DNA of 64,000 nt, taken from Amphiscolops sp. MND2022. Taxonomy: Eukaryota. This document shows positions 22,501 to 33,401 of this stretch, piece after piece. The notes under the pieces are model-generated. The model worked only from the letters and a program-made list of their open reading frames with translations, was not told where the DNA came from and ran no database searches. The stretch lies in the NCBI GenBank assembly GCA_964187785.1, contig OZ076412.1, positions 54,746,001 through 54,810,000 of the forward strand. The letters are read 5' to 3'. Within the stretch, counting starts at the first letter, position 1. Each line of letters begins with the position of its first letter. A program made the position numbers and the translations under genes.

Positions 22501-25500
22501 AAGTGCGTAGAACTATTTTGGACAGTTGGTGTGGTTTGAAAAAATTAGTTACTATAATAGTCGCGTTTCGCTTCAGAAAGCGCCGACTAAAAAGGGCAAT
22601 TCAATCCGCATCTACAAATGAAACAGCAATGTTGCCCTTCATTTTGAGCCTGCAAGTTGTACATTCAACCCTATTAGCACATATCTCGCATAGCATATGG
22701 CCACAGGGCTCAACGGTTGCAGGTACCGGCCGGCTTTCACATCCACTGCAGAAACTGAAATCAATCGCTTCTTCATCACAGAGGAGAGTGTCGTCTTTCT
22801 TTTCAATTTCAGGCATTTTCTATACAGTCAGTCAACAATCTTTTCTATACATGAAACAGCTCAGAATGAATTATTCAATAAGTGAGTAATAGCATGAACG
22901 CGTGAACAAAATCATGATTCTATCAAAGTTACGTGTACATGGATTATAATTAACATGCTAAAAATCATCATTATTTCAATTTACAAACGTTTTTTTAGCT
23001 TCAACATTCCGCCCGCCTTCAACGATCTGCAGCAGAAGCTTTAATAATTCTCAGAGATGAATGTGAAGATGTTGAAGAGGGCGAAGGTGAGAAGTTGAGT
23101 TTGTGAGAAGTTCATGATTGAAAATGAAGAAATTGAATAAATCTTCAGGGTTGCTGAGCATAAACGGGGTCTACGATTGAGGAGAAAGGGGATTCTTCCC
23201 GTTATTGTTCTTTCTACACAAGTAACTTATTGAGGAGTTGTTTTCAGACCTTTGACATGGATACTGTAAGTTGAATTATGTGATACTTGAAAACATGATG
23301 ACATCTTTGAATATTTTCATCAATTTTTGTGAGGTAATATGTGTCCGAGCTCACTGATGTCCCAAAGAATCAAAAGATCACGGTACGTTTGGTAGTGAGG
23401 TTTGTAACTTGCCCTCTGTTGACAGTTTTTGTTGCTAAATCTTTTCTGTTGAAGTATAACACGTTCACTAAGTTTATAGTAATACTTAGTATCTTCATTT
23501 GTAAGAAAAATGTAATAAAAGACGAAAATCGAAAATCCCGCTCCAAGAAGTTGTAGGCAAGAGTATTAGGAACCGAACGATGTGTTCTATACGGCCAGTA
23601 TATTATCCACTGTATTTTGGCACTGAAAAAACATCAGATCGGTCGAATCCAGAAAAATACGAGATATCTCGACGTAAAATGAGAATAAAATGAATTTTTG
23701 AGGTAAATCAAAGTTGTGCTTCCAAGGCGTTGTTAGTAGCACTGGAAAGCTACTCCTGGGTGCCCACATGTCAACTCAGCAAGCATCACTATGTTCTGGC
23801 ACCGACTTTTTCATCCCCATTTTGTCCAATTTATAACATTTTTTCAAGAATAAATATTTCCGACGAGATTTTTTTAAAAATAGACTTAGTAGTGAAATGA
23901 TGGCAGTAAAGGATCAACAGGAAGCTTGCGAAGTTTCACAATAGGTCGTACTAACTGTCCTGCATCAGTCCATACTTTAGCAACACGATTGACATTGTCA
24001 TTTTCTCGGTACAACTCTATGATTCTTGCTAATTTCCATTGCACAGGTCGTTGCTTATCCTCAGCGATCAAAACCAAATCTCCAACTGCAAATGTCGGTC
24101 CATTGGAGAGTTATTTTTTGCGTATATGCAGTGTCAAAAATACCACGATTTCCAAAACGATGATTTCATCTTCTCAAGCAATCGATGTCTCGTTTTAATG
24201 TGAAGATTTTCCTTGTCGATACTGTCATTCGATTGAGGTAAATCATTCATTGGTCTGCCCAGAAGAAAATGAGCCGGCGTGGGGGTCGCAAATCATTTGG
24301 ATCGTTTGATATCGAAGTGATGGGCCGGGAGTTGAGAATTGATTTGATTTGGATCAGGCATCTAACCGTTCGCTGGGTAAGTCTGCCATTTGCATAGGCA
24401 CATCACTATTGAATCGACTGCTTTTACGCAATTTTTGATTGTATTGCAAACGTTTTTGCCTCTGGGAATTCAATGTTTCGATCGACTACTGTTGATCGTG
24501 AGTTGACCCCCACCATGAAGAGTAGCTTCATTAAAGTAACGAATGATGAGAAATGCGAGATCGGAATCAGAATGTACAAGGTATGGAAACAAGATATGTC
24601 GTGATGTATTTGACTTTGTGATAAACGTCCTCCGACACGTATAGTTCCCGTGTCTTCGTCAAAGAAAGGAGAGAGGTTCAGTTTGCTGTTGCGCGGTAGG
24701 TCATTACCTGCTCTCAATACTGTTAGTTCTGCGGCGTAATATTGCGCTTGATGTAATCTCAAAATGATGAGTTTTTCTCGACACAAAAGCTGAGGTGTGA
24801 GCGAAATTTGCTCAGATGCGTCTTTGAATAGACGAGATGCTTTGATGAGTGTTGCTATGAACCGGTGAAGTTTAGGTAGACTGCTGTAACGACTGATGTC
24901 TATCCAGGGCTGAGGTCGAACAACTGCACTTTCAACAGTCTGTTTTGTCTCCGAATTATTCTCTTTCAGGTTTTCTGCAGTCAATAATGTAGGAGGCTGT
25001 GGCCACGCACTTTCGGGTTTGGAAAGCCAACCAGGACCGTACCACCACAATCTTGATTCTATAAGAGTTTTGACGAGAGTCCCGCTTGATGCACAACCAG
25101 CAAGGTTGAAGTTCGATTTGACATGATTGCAGTTTTCTCTTGGCAGAACTTGTTGAATTTCTGATATACGATTAGCAACAAAATTTGTCCATGTTCGCGG
25201 AAGTTGTGCTAACCATTGTAACACGATCGTAGAGTCTGTCCATCCAAAAACTTCAGGCTGAGGCAAAGAGAGATCGAGGACGTTAGAAGTTTTTGTTAGA
25301 AGTTTGATACCAAGATGTGCTCCGCACAATTCGAGACGTGGCACGGAAATTGTTTTTATAGGAGCAACTCGCGTTTTGCTGTAGACTAGATTGGCGACAG
25401 TTTTCCCTGTAGAATAAGTTCTTCGTATGTAAATTACTGCGGCATATGCAACTTCTGAAGCGTCTGTGAAAAGATGTAATTGTACTTTTTCAATTTGGTC

Positions 25501-28500
25501 TGTTGGAACAATGCAGCGCGGCAGTTTTACGCTGGTCAAATTTTCCAAATCAGACTGCTTTTCCACCATTTGGAGGAAGTACATCATCCCATCCGAATCC
25601 TTCAACTCAAATTTTCTGTAACATCACTTTGAAGTTAATTATAATTGGTGCTAGTCAACCGACTTGATTCGTAAGTTTTTGCTGTTTCTGAGAGTAATTT
25701 GCGCTTTGTGATACCTTCAAGCGAGCAAACATTCGAGTAGAAGTGGAAGGAATCTTCCAGAGTTGAGTTTCCATGAAATGCCCAATGTCTGGATTTTGTA
25801 GTTTTCATCCATGAACGTCTCTTTGTCTCGGTTTTCTCGGAGTTTTTCAGGTAGTGAAGAGATGATTTCATGGTGACTAGACGACCACTTGCGGAGCTCA
25901 AATCCATATTTTTTGAGTTCTTCACAAACTTTTCGAACTTTTGCAAGAGCTGTAATGGTATTTGCACCAAAAAGGTAGTCAGCGTCGTAGAAATCATTTT
26001 CGATTTGTGCGAGCGCAACCTCGCTACAGCGGTTATCAACATCTATCACTGATCGTGTGGAGAGGAAAGCTGAAGATGCTATTCCATACGTTACTCTGGT
26101 CATTCGATTTTGCTGTGTAGGTTCATTAATTGAATCTTTTCATAAGATACGGTGGAAATCTTTCGCAACTGACTTCAGGGCAACTTGTCTATTTATTTTA
26201 GCAATATCGGCTGAAAGCGCAATTTTATGTAGACGAAATCTGATGAGGATGGAAAATAGGTCTTCTTGGACAGTTGGCTCCACCATTAGAGATCCATTGA
26301 GTGAGACATCGGTACAAGATTTTGCCGATCCACCGAAGACAACTCGTGGCGGAATCTTCTTTATGTACGCAATGATGAGGTAGGAAGTTTAGTTTTGGTT
26401 TGGTGAGTTCCTCTCCATGTACTGCTTCAAGATGATTTAGGTCAATAAATTCATGAATAACCTTTCTTCAGCTTTTTTGGACGAATGTAACAATTGAAAA
26501 ATCTTGTTTGCTTGGACGAATGTATCACCTAAAGGTGGCACATCAGACTTGAACGGCATTCCGAAAACAAATCTGCTATTTTCAACAGTGGTAGTTTCTT
26601 GAAAATAATGTTCACATGCCAGTTCATCACTTGTGATCTTGATGGCTGTTGGTATTTCTTCCAGTTCCCAAAACTTTCTTTTCAATATTGTTGTTAAGTG
26701 AAATACTTGCAACGGTACAAGCTTATTTCGGTTGTGTTCCTGACACAATCCAACCTAAAACTGTGTTACTGAAATGTAACCCATAGTTTTCTGTGAATTT
26801 TCCGTCTAAGATGATATCCTCTGCTACATCTGATTCTAAGATCAAATCCACTTGACTGGAAACATTAAAGGAACGATCAGCTAATCCAATAGTTCGCATA
26901 TGAAACTGTGAATACATTTCAAATGAGCGATTAGGTAAAAGTTGAGTAAGACTAGGAAGTACAAATGCGTGAACGTTGATGACTTTCGTTCCATTCTTAT
27001 GTTTGAGACGCAAAATTACACTTCCTGAATTATAGGTTCTGGAGACATTCCCGATACCGTTCACTGTAAGCCATTGTGTCCGTCGTTTCAAATGCATTCT
27101 CTGCACTGTTGATTCAGTACTTAAACTGAGTTGAGAGCCACTGTTAGTCAAAGCTCGACAAACAGTAATAGTTGAAGAATCGTCCTGAATTGGCACTAAA
27201 GCCGTTGGTAAAACACCAGAAGCCGCAGAGTAAATGCTTGGTTTGCAATGACTGATACTGAAACTTCCCCATTTTGAGGTGACTCGGTGTGAAGTAATGA
27301 AATGTGTTTTCCATGACTTGTTTTGCAAGTGTGTCTCGATTTGCAATCTTTCGTTAAATGTCCCGGGCATAAACTATTGAAACACCATTTCACCAATTCG
27401 ATGAATAATCTAAATTTTTTCTATCTTTGATATTCAAAGATCCGAACTTCTTGCAAGCAAAAATGTTGTGGTTATCCGAACAGCATTGGCATGTTTCAGT
27501 TGTAGTCTTGTAATTTTGAGAGATCTTCGACTCAAATGTTTGATTTCTTCCAAATTTGTTCATTGTAGGTTGGTTCACTTTACGAGAAATTACAGAATTC
27601 GAAGCGTCTAATGCTTGAACACGTTTTTTATATAGTCTCGTGACTGCTGAAGTGTTTGTAGCTTTTTTCCGGGGTAATCTAGTTCCCACTGGCGTCTAGA
27701 TTCCTGATCTAACTTTTTGGAAATGATTCGTACCCAGATGAAGTCACTATTTTTCGTGTTTACTTTAAGGGCTTCAATGGCCATCAAATTTTCTTCAAAA
27801 CTTACGAGAAGTTGTCGGAGTTGTGAAGCTGACTCACCACTCAAGGGTTGTAACTGAAGTATTGCGTCCAAATGAGTGTTGAGTATAAGTCGCTCATTAT
27901 CGTAGCGATCAATCAAAGATTTCAAAGCAGTTTTGTAATTTGAATTTGATGGTAAATGTGAAGCCAACTGTTGGGCTTCACCACTGAGAGCTGCTTTATG
28001 GTAGTTGAATTTCTGAATATCAGCAATTGTTGTACTGCAATCCACTGAGGCTAAACTGTTCGTAGAATGGAGTCCAGTCTTTGTAATGACCCTTGAACTT
28101 TGGGAGGTCGAATTTGGGCATTTTTGAATTTCCCATGCTAGAAGAGCTTGATGTAGAAGGTGAAGCATTGACTGCAGCTGTCAAAACAGAATCAGGAATT
28201 TCAAAATGTTCCAAAAAACTACGTTCGAGTTGTGTTCCAATTTTGTTTTCGAAATCTTCAGCGTCTTCTAATTCCTTTTCCAAATCTGAATTTGTTTCTG
28301 GAGTGCGCCCTAATCCTGCGGAATTGAGAACACCTGCATATTCGAATCTTTTTCCAGTTGCTTTTCAACTGTACGAAGTTAGTTGAGATCATCAGTTGTA
28401 ATGTCTTCCTTATCTTTGATCAGATAGGGTCGAAGCTTTGTTTCTAGTTTGGTGGTCACACCAACAATTGCTGAACGAGAACGTTTCAACTGTTTAAGCG

Positions 28501-31500
28501 TCTTCCCCTCATAGGTTGACTACATGTTGCTTGGCTGATTGTTCCCGGGTCAATCGGCACCAAATGTTGCCTTCGTTGATAACTTGATTTCATTGTGGGA
28601 GAGCAACAGATTTTTATCAAAACAATCTTTCCTATACATGAAACAGCTCAGAATGAATTATTCAATAAGTGAGTAATAGAATAAACGCGTGAACAAAATC
28701 ATGATTCTACTAAAGTTGACGTGTACATGGATTATAATTAACATGCTAAAATCATCATTTTTTTCAATTTGCAAACGTATTTTTCTAGCTTCAACAGGAC
28801 CTTTCTTTGACTCTCGACACAGCTTTTAAAAAATCTGGGACCGTGTACGGATCCTGAGAGAGCTTCTTGTTAGCATCGGAGACATTTCTATCAAAGAATT
28901 TAGATTCTTCTTGAATCTGCCAGTTACCTTGCCTTCTCTAAATCGTTTAGTCTGAAAAGCCCTTGCCATAATTTTCAATTCGTTTATGAAGTAAAAGAAA
29001 TTTGAAAAAAAAACACTGAATTAACCTTTGTTGATAAAACATGAAAATGTTTTAAGAAAACAAAGCAGTGTAATATTTAAAATGGTAATGTAATTAAAAT
29101 CATACACATTGGGGATTCAAAAACGGAAATCTTTCCAACACTTTTTGCTGTAACTTGGTGTGTCGATTTCATTTTCGAACTTCTCCGGGAAAAAACCCTT
29201 AATCTTGCGTTTCATAGTCACGTAGGTATAGTGTTTTATTTTAACGTTGTTTGGTAAGGTGTTCCATAGTGGCTGGACTACTTTATTGTAGAAGCAATTT
29301 CTCATGACTTCAGTTTCGCGTGGGAGGTTCACATACAATTTGCTCGTTCGCTCCTGGTTTTTGATAACCGCTGTAGTTGGTTTTATGGTAGATCTTCAGG
29401 TCTGAGGAGTGATCCAATTTGTTTCTGTTGAAGCAAGCTTTTACCGCCCAACTCAATTGTTTTCCTAGAGTTGTAAGTAGGTTCTCAGTTATTCCATTCA
29501 ATATTACCGATGAATAATGTAGATGACTGATTACCAAAGCATTGAGTAGTAGAAAACGAGTTTTCTCCGGGAATAAATCGCGTACCGAGTATGATGTTTT
29601 AATACCACAAGCCATTTTCATCAATAAGTTTTTGACATCATCTTTCATCTTGATAGGTTAGGTTTTGATCCAAAAATACTTCCAGATCAACCAGTCTTAC
29701 CATCAACTTGAATTTCCATGTCTCTCACAATGTTGTTTTTCGATATTTTGCAAATAAATTCAGTTTTATTCGCATTGATTGGTAGACCATGGATTTCAAA
29801 AAAGTTTTTCAATTTTTTGATGTTTTCTTCCAAGTTTTTCAGAGCCTCTTCTTCGTTAGTATTCGCGGAAAAGATCATAGTATCAGCAGCATACTGTATT
29901 AGCTCACATTCTCCGTGATAAATTCCTTCATTCGATTGACATAAATGTTGAATAGCAGAGGTCCTAAAATAGTCCCTTGAGGAACACCTTGGTGTATTTT
30001 GATCCAGTCTGATTTGCAGTTATTGAGCATCACTTTCTGATTTCTCCCGGTTAAATAGCTCTGTATTAACTAAATAGCGACTTTGTTAAATTAAGTTCTC
30101 TTATTTTTTCCAAAAGAATTGAATGCGAAATTGGATGTGCTCTGCACATTTTCCTGCCCAAATTCGAATGCAAATCCTCAACTTCAGAATTGGTACGACG
30201 AATGTTACCAAAAACAGACAAAATTGACTTTTCGCAATTATTCATTCATTATTAGTTTGTTTTCTTTGATATTCGGCAAGGATTTTGAAGGCATCAGTCC
30301 GTAAAAGGCATTTTCGATGTGCTTTTTTGGCAACATCGGGAGAGATATAAGGAATTTGAGCCAATTTTAAGACATCGTTCACATTGGATAAACCATACTT
30401 CACCCATTTGCGCTACAAGGCCCGGCAATAATGAAAATAGCAACCTTGTAGGTTCACACTAAAATTGTATTTCAAGGGGGGTTGTAAAGCCGATTCAAAC
30501 TCCGTTGTTGCATTGATTGGCGAAAAACCAGGGAATAAATTCTTTGATTTCAGAAATACCTCGTCACAAAGGGCGCGAGATTTAATGGTCATGAGGATTA
30601 AAAAACAGGGCACAATAGTATCCAGAACAACAGATTGTATCGTTAGCAACTGGTATAAGGCTTTTTGGGACGGTTTTGAATGTCGCATCTGCGTGTATAC
30701 TTGTCACCTCCTCCAGAAGTGACACCGGTAAATCGGTGCTGAATAATAAAGCATGCATGTTTCCCAACGATGCATACGTTCTATAAAAGCAATATTCCGA
30801 TTTGTCCACGAGGACCCGAAAATATCTCATGGAAGTCGATTGCATTGTCAGGAATATTCGGATATGATAACCTGCGACGCATTCTCATTGCACCTGACAT
30901 GGTCGGGAAAGTTAACTTTAGGACAGGCACTTGAATTCTTGATATTGCTATCATATTTGTCTTTACTTGCCAGAGTTGTTCTTTCACCTTCCCTTTCCAT
31001 TTTCGATTCCATCATTGTTCTTTCAATTCCACCATATTCTCCAGTATGCATATGAAGCTGGCCATGTGTGAAATTTGAGAAATCAATTGCTGCTGTTCTC
31101 GAAGAGCCATTTTTGTGTCTGTTACACCGCAGATTGATTTTATCCTTATAGACATTACTTTTGGTATGAAGGAGCCATCTGTTATAAAAAACATTTGACC
31201 CCTTCCGTTTGCCCTCAATTTCCTGTCAAGATGGCATTTTGACCTGAAATACTTTAAACCAACATTTAGATATAAGTTTCTATAAATTGATTTCATCTCG
31301 TAATCTTTGAATTTATTTACAGGTGCAGATTATTAGGTGTGGTCCGAAAGGCTAGTTTTCATGGAATTTTGAAAACTCTCAGCCATTTTCTTGATTTGTT
31401 TCAGTAACCCAGAACGTTAAGCTGGTGCCGAAGCTTTATCGCAGTTGTTTTACATTTCTGTGTGACGCATTCGACGCACTTGAACGAATTGGTTTCGAAA

Positions 31501-31736
31501 CGCAGTCACTGTCAGACATCTTCATCGCACAAATGAGAAAGGTTATTCTGGCTTCCTGCAGAGCTTTTGCTTCACAGCCAACTGGAAAAGCCCAAAAAGC
31601 CGAGCATTCTGCAACGGCTGTGTCTGAATTGAAAGCTATCTACGCCAAAACTTTAAAATTTGATAAAACAAATGTTGATGTATGGCGCGGAATCTGTAAC
31701 GAATTGAAAGGATTTGTGAAAACTGTGTCTTGGTAA
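10542..31736 (+). CDS. EDRF1: Erythroid differentiation-related factor 1 orthologue, 3' part, spliced
   Basis: Approximate exons 10542-10788(?), 11243-11637, 11794-11986, 12081-12262, 12457-12583, 13699-14042, 14837-15078, 31405-31736. Peptides LLKRLGNVNNELG, NNGRLFRIWAH, DSVTWDLCSTYFTLA, IHQRLGSLY, AEMHYSRAA and VQLERVALIEVQL follow human EDRF1 in order. GT-AG phases are consistent from 12081 onward. Confidence 0.88.
13183..13677. mobile_element. Non-autonomous TIR element (MITE) with an 8-bp TSD, Merlin- or hAT-like
   Basis: TIR GGACCATGTGATCTATTTCCCCC at both ends; GGCAATTG duplicated at 13175-13182 and 13678-13685. Confidence 0.9.
14165..14232 (+). pseudogene. tRNA-Gly(TCC)-like relic or SINE head in an intron
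   Basis: GTAGAAT-ACGCGC-TTTCCAA-GCACGT-GGTC-GTCGGTTCGATTC gives an anticodon arm and box B; the acceptor stem and D arm are incomplete. Confidence 0.45.
15410..17270 (-). mobile_element. Degenerate 5'-truncated RTE/RTEX-type LINE, interrupted by a MITE
   Basis: Fragments LFADKSTLIG (YADD-like), RFIGTYIG, TRAIIVQETVEATLL, KIESRSLQRMGNILRMTDTR and HWKRLTKEAEDWTDLERLTSDQKFWKQTV are RTE C-terminal motifs; many frameshifts. Confidence 0.75.
16584..17123 (-). mobile_element. Helentron-associated (HINE-like) non-autonomous element
   Basis: One end AACAAG..AGTCGGCGCCATATCTAAG, the other a hairpin AGTCGG...CCGACT plus TAAAA. Internal GGGTCCCCC repeats, T-rich insertion site, no TSD seen. Confidence 0.7.
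17770..22330 (-). mobile_element. Degenerate CR1/L2-type LINE (ORF1, APE endonuclease, RT)
   Basis: ORF1 ERLENYNRRDNIRVIG...RPIRVRF; EN LNANIQSI...IIALTETWL; RT YRPIALLSPF, GVPQGSVLGPLFF, KYLGVVIDEKL. The YADD motif is missing and there are many stops. Ends approximate. Confidence 0.9.
18474..20147. repeat. Tandem triplication (559/556/559 bp) of the LINE RT core
   Basis: Three near-identical units start at 18474, 19033 and 19589 and are joined at TTGG microhomology. Confidence 0.95.
22352..22593 (+). mobile_element. HINE-like element, partial copy
   Basis: GGGGGACCCTTT motif and terminal AGTCG...CCGACTAAAA hairpin end; same family as 35367-35853. Confidence 0.65.
22601..22831 (-). pseudogene. 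RING-HC finger coding segment, inferred C-terminus of the MULE transposase
   Basis: CSGC-x9-PCGHMLCEIC-x5-CTTCR ending in TGA. It lies immediately beyond the BEL insertion that interrupts the MULE frame. Confidence 0.7.
22832..28796 (-). mobile_element. BEL/Pao LTR retrotransposon, decayed
   Basis: 5' LTR 28565-28796 (TG..CA), PBS TGGTGCCG (tRNA-His-like) at about 28555-28562, and PPT GAAGGCGGGCGGAA next to the truncated 3' LTR 22832-23006. Coding remnants: gag (PKFDLPKFKG..DW), CCHC knuckles, protease, RT (RVTYGIASSAFL), RNase H (LHLFTDASEVAYAA) and integrase C-terminus (WKLARI); the integrase core is deleted. Confidence 0.95.
28797..29004 (-). pseudogene. MULE transposase, segment after the catalytic core
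   Basis: NFFYFINELK...PYTVPDFLKAVSR continues the AHP that ends at about 30127. Confidence 0.75.
29005..30126 (-). mobile_element. 5'-truncated CR1/L2-type LINE inserted in the MULE transposase
   Basis: GVPQGTILGPLLFNIYVN, YAADT and LLLNALVISHLHYSS. Flanks share CAATTTC/CAAATTTC (minus strand). Confidence 0.85.
30127..31300 (-). pseudogene. Mutator-like (MULE) transposase with a FLYWCH-like N-terminus, frameshifted
   Basis: IHADATFKTVPK, LYQLLTI, TTEFESAL, GCYFHYCRAL and SVFGNIRRTNSEVEDLH are MULE DDE motifs. Confidence 0.9.
31405..31736 (+). CDS. EDRF1: Terminal coding exon of EDRF1
   Basis: The tttcag acceptor is phase 1, matching the donor ACAG/gtaac at 15078. LSDIFIAQMRKVIL and ELKAIYAKTLK parallel human LLSIFESRLSFLLL and KHIYSQLLR; TAA stop. 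Confidence 0.75.
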
Positions 31737-32418
31737 ATTGATTTTCGGATTATCTAAAGCTGTTAGCAATCAACTATTTTGTTTGATTTAAATTCAATTA
31801 AATTTTTAGCTTACATGCTGCTCATTTTATTTTTCGATGCTTCCAAATGCTACAATCTAAGTATAGTAATGAAGCGTTGAAAAACATTTTTTTAAATAAT
31901 GGGCCTGTTTGCAAACTTCGATGCTATAGCTCCAGCAAGGCTTTTATTTTTTGCAAGATCACGACGAAATGAGATAACACTGCAAATAGGAAAACTACAA
32001 AAAAAGGTACTACGAAGAAACGCATATGCAGGATACGTAATGTAAATTTGCGATTCAAATTGTGATGGGTGCTCAAAGTTGTGGATAATCGGTTGTGAAT
32101 TAACATCAATAATATCATTAATATCAATCGCTTTTGATATTCACGTTGTGTCGCTCAAGACACTGGGACATTTTCATGTGCTACTCCCTGCAATGAGTAC
32201 TCGTTACATCAGAACGTAACAGCAGTGAAAACGAAACGAAATTATCTTTCACCGGTCACCGGAAATTGACCGCGGTAAAGTCTTCGTTTATTTTCACTAC
32301 TGTTTTTGTTTTCAGCTACTAATCGTTTCAGTAAACAGTATGTTGTTTTCACAGTCAATGAATTGTCAAGTAAAATGTTTATGCATAGGCCATTTTGCTT
32401 CCAGTTTTTTTTAGAATT

Positions 32419-32941
32419 ATGGCTCTCTGTCGTGTAGCTCTGAGGGCTCGATTGAGAAGTTTCGCTCGCTGCCATTGGACTGCAACTAATATGACGCCTC
32501 TCATATCGTTACTTAACTTGTTAGAAGACGACAAAATAGACCCTAACTATTCGTTCAAAACTTATTTGGGATCCAGAATACAAGAATTAGAAAATGGGAA
32601 CGCTGAAAACCAGACTGTGCCTGCAGAAATCTTGCAAACATGTGAGCGTTTTTCTACTGATTTCTACAAGAAGAAATATAGTATACCTCCTGAAAAATAT
32701 ATCGGGGCCCTGGGTCTAGATTCTGAGCAAGCTGTTGAAATTAGGAAGATGGATCCTGCGTATATCTCCGGTGAGAAAAAGTGAAACATTCTATTCTTTA
32801 AACTGAGCTCATTTGTTTTGATATTTAGAGAAGACATACAATTTTTCTTCGAGGTTATTTTCTATTGTTGGCGGATTTCTATTTTGTATCTCTTCTGTTT
32901 TCTTCAAAGTAACCGTTGACGTTAAAATACGAGTAGAATAG
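32419..32941 (+). CDS. UQCC2: UQCC2-like complex III assembly factor, two exons (32419-32770, 32829-32941)
   Basis: YLGSRIQE, RFSTDFYKKKY and GALGLDSEQ parallel human YLRQRVAQ, RLHSNYYKHKY and SGLSLEE. 58-bp GT-AG intron; Arg-rich N-terminus. Confidence 0.65.
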
Positions 32942-33401
32942 TTGATTATAGTGGTTTGCCACCCACCTTTTTCCTTTCTTCAAATTTTCAGTCTGAAAGG
33001 ATTCTGAAAACAACCAGTCCCAACTATATTTTGCATTATACAATCAGTGTTCTGTCGGTCAGAACAGAAGGCTCTACCAAAACGTAGTTTTTCAATTTTT
33101 GCAAATGAAAAACGTCAGATCGGATGAAATGAATGCAAAAACGGAATTTTTGAACAAAAAATGTGAGCACGTGTGCTTCTAATTGCTCAAATGTTTTTGC
33201 TGATATTACTTTTGCTAATGAAATGCAATTTATTATTGTCCAAAAAAATATTGTAAAATTTGATCTAACAAGCAGGGAACGGCCCAAGTTGGCGTCCTGT
33301 TGAAGGTTCAAAAAAGTAAAGTTTTATCATTTCATGCATTCCTGATGACTGCTTGCCATCGAAAAGTCGAAGTTTGCCGTCAGCGATCGTTTCAGGTAGT
33401 A

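Noticed and set aside
31924-32127. Minus-strand 67-aa hydrophobic ORF between EDRF1 and UQCC2
   Set aside because: No homology recognised, no convincing start or splice context, and it probably overlaps the EDRF1 3' UTR.
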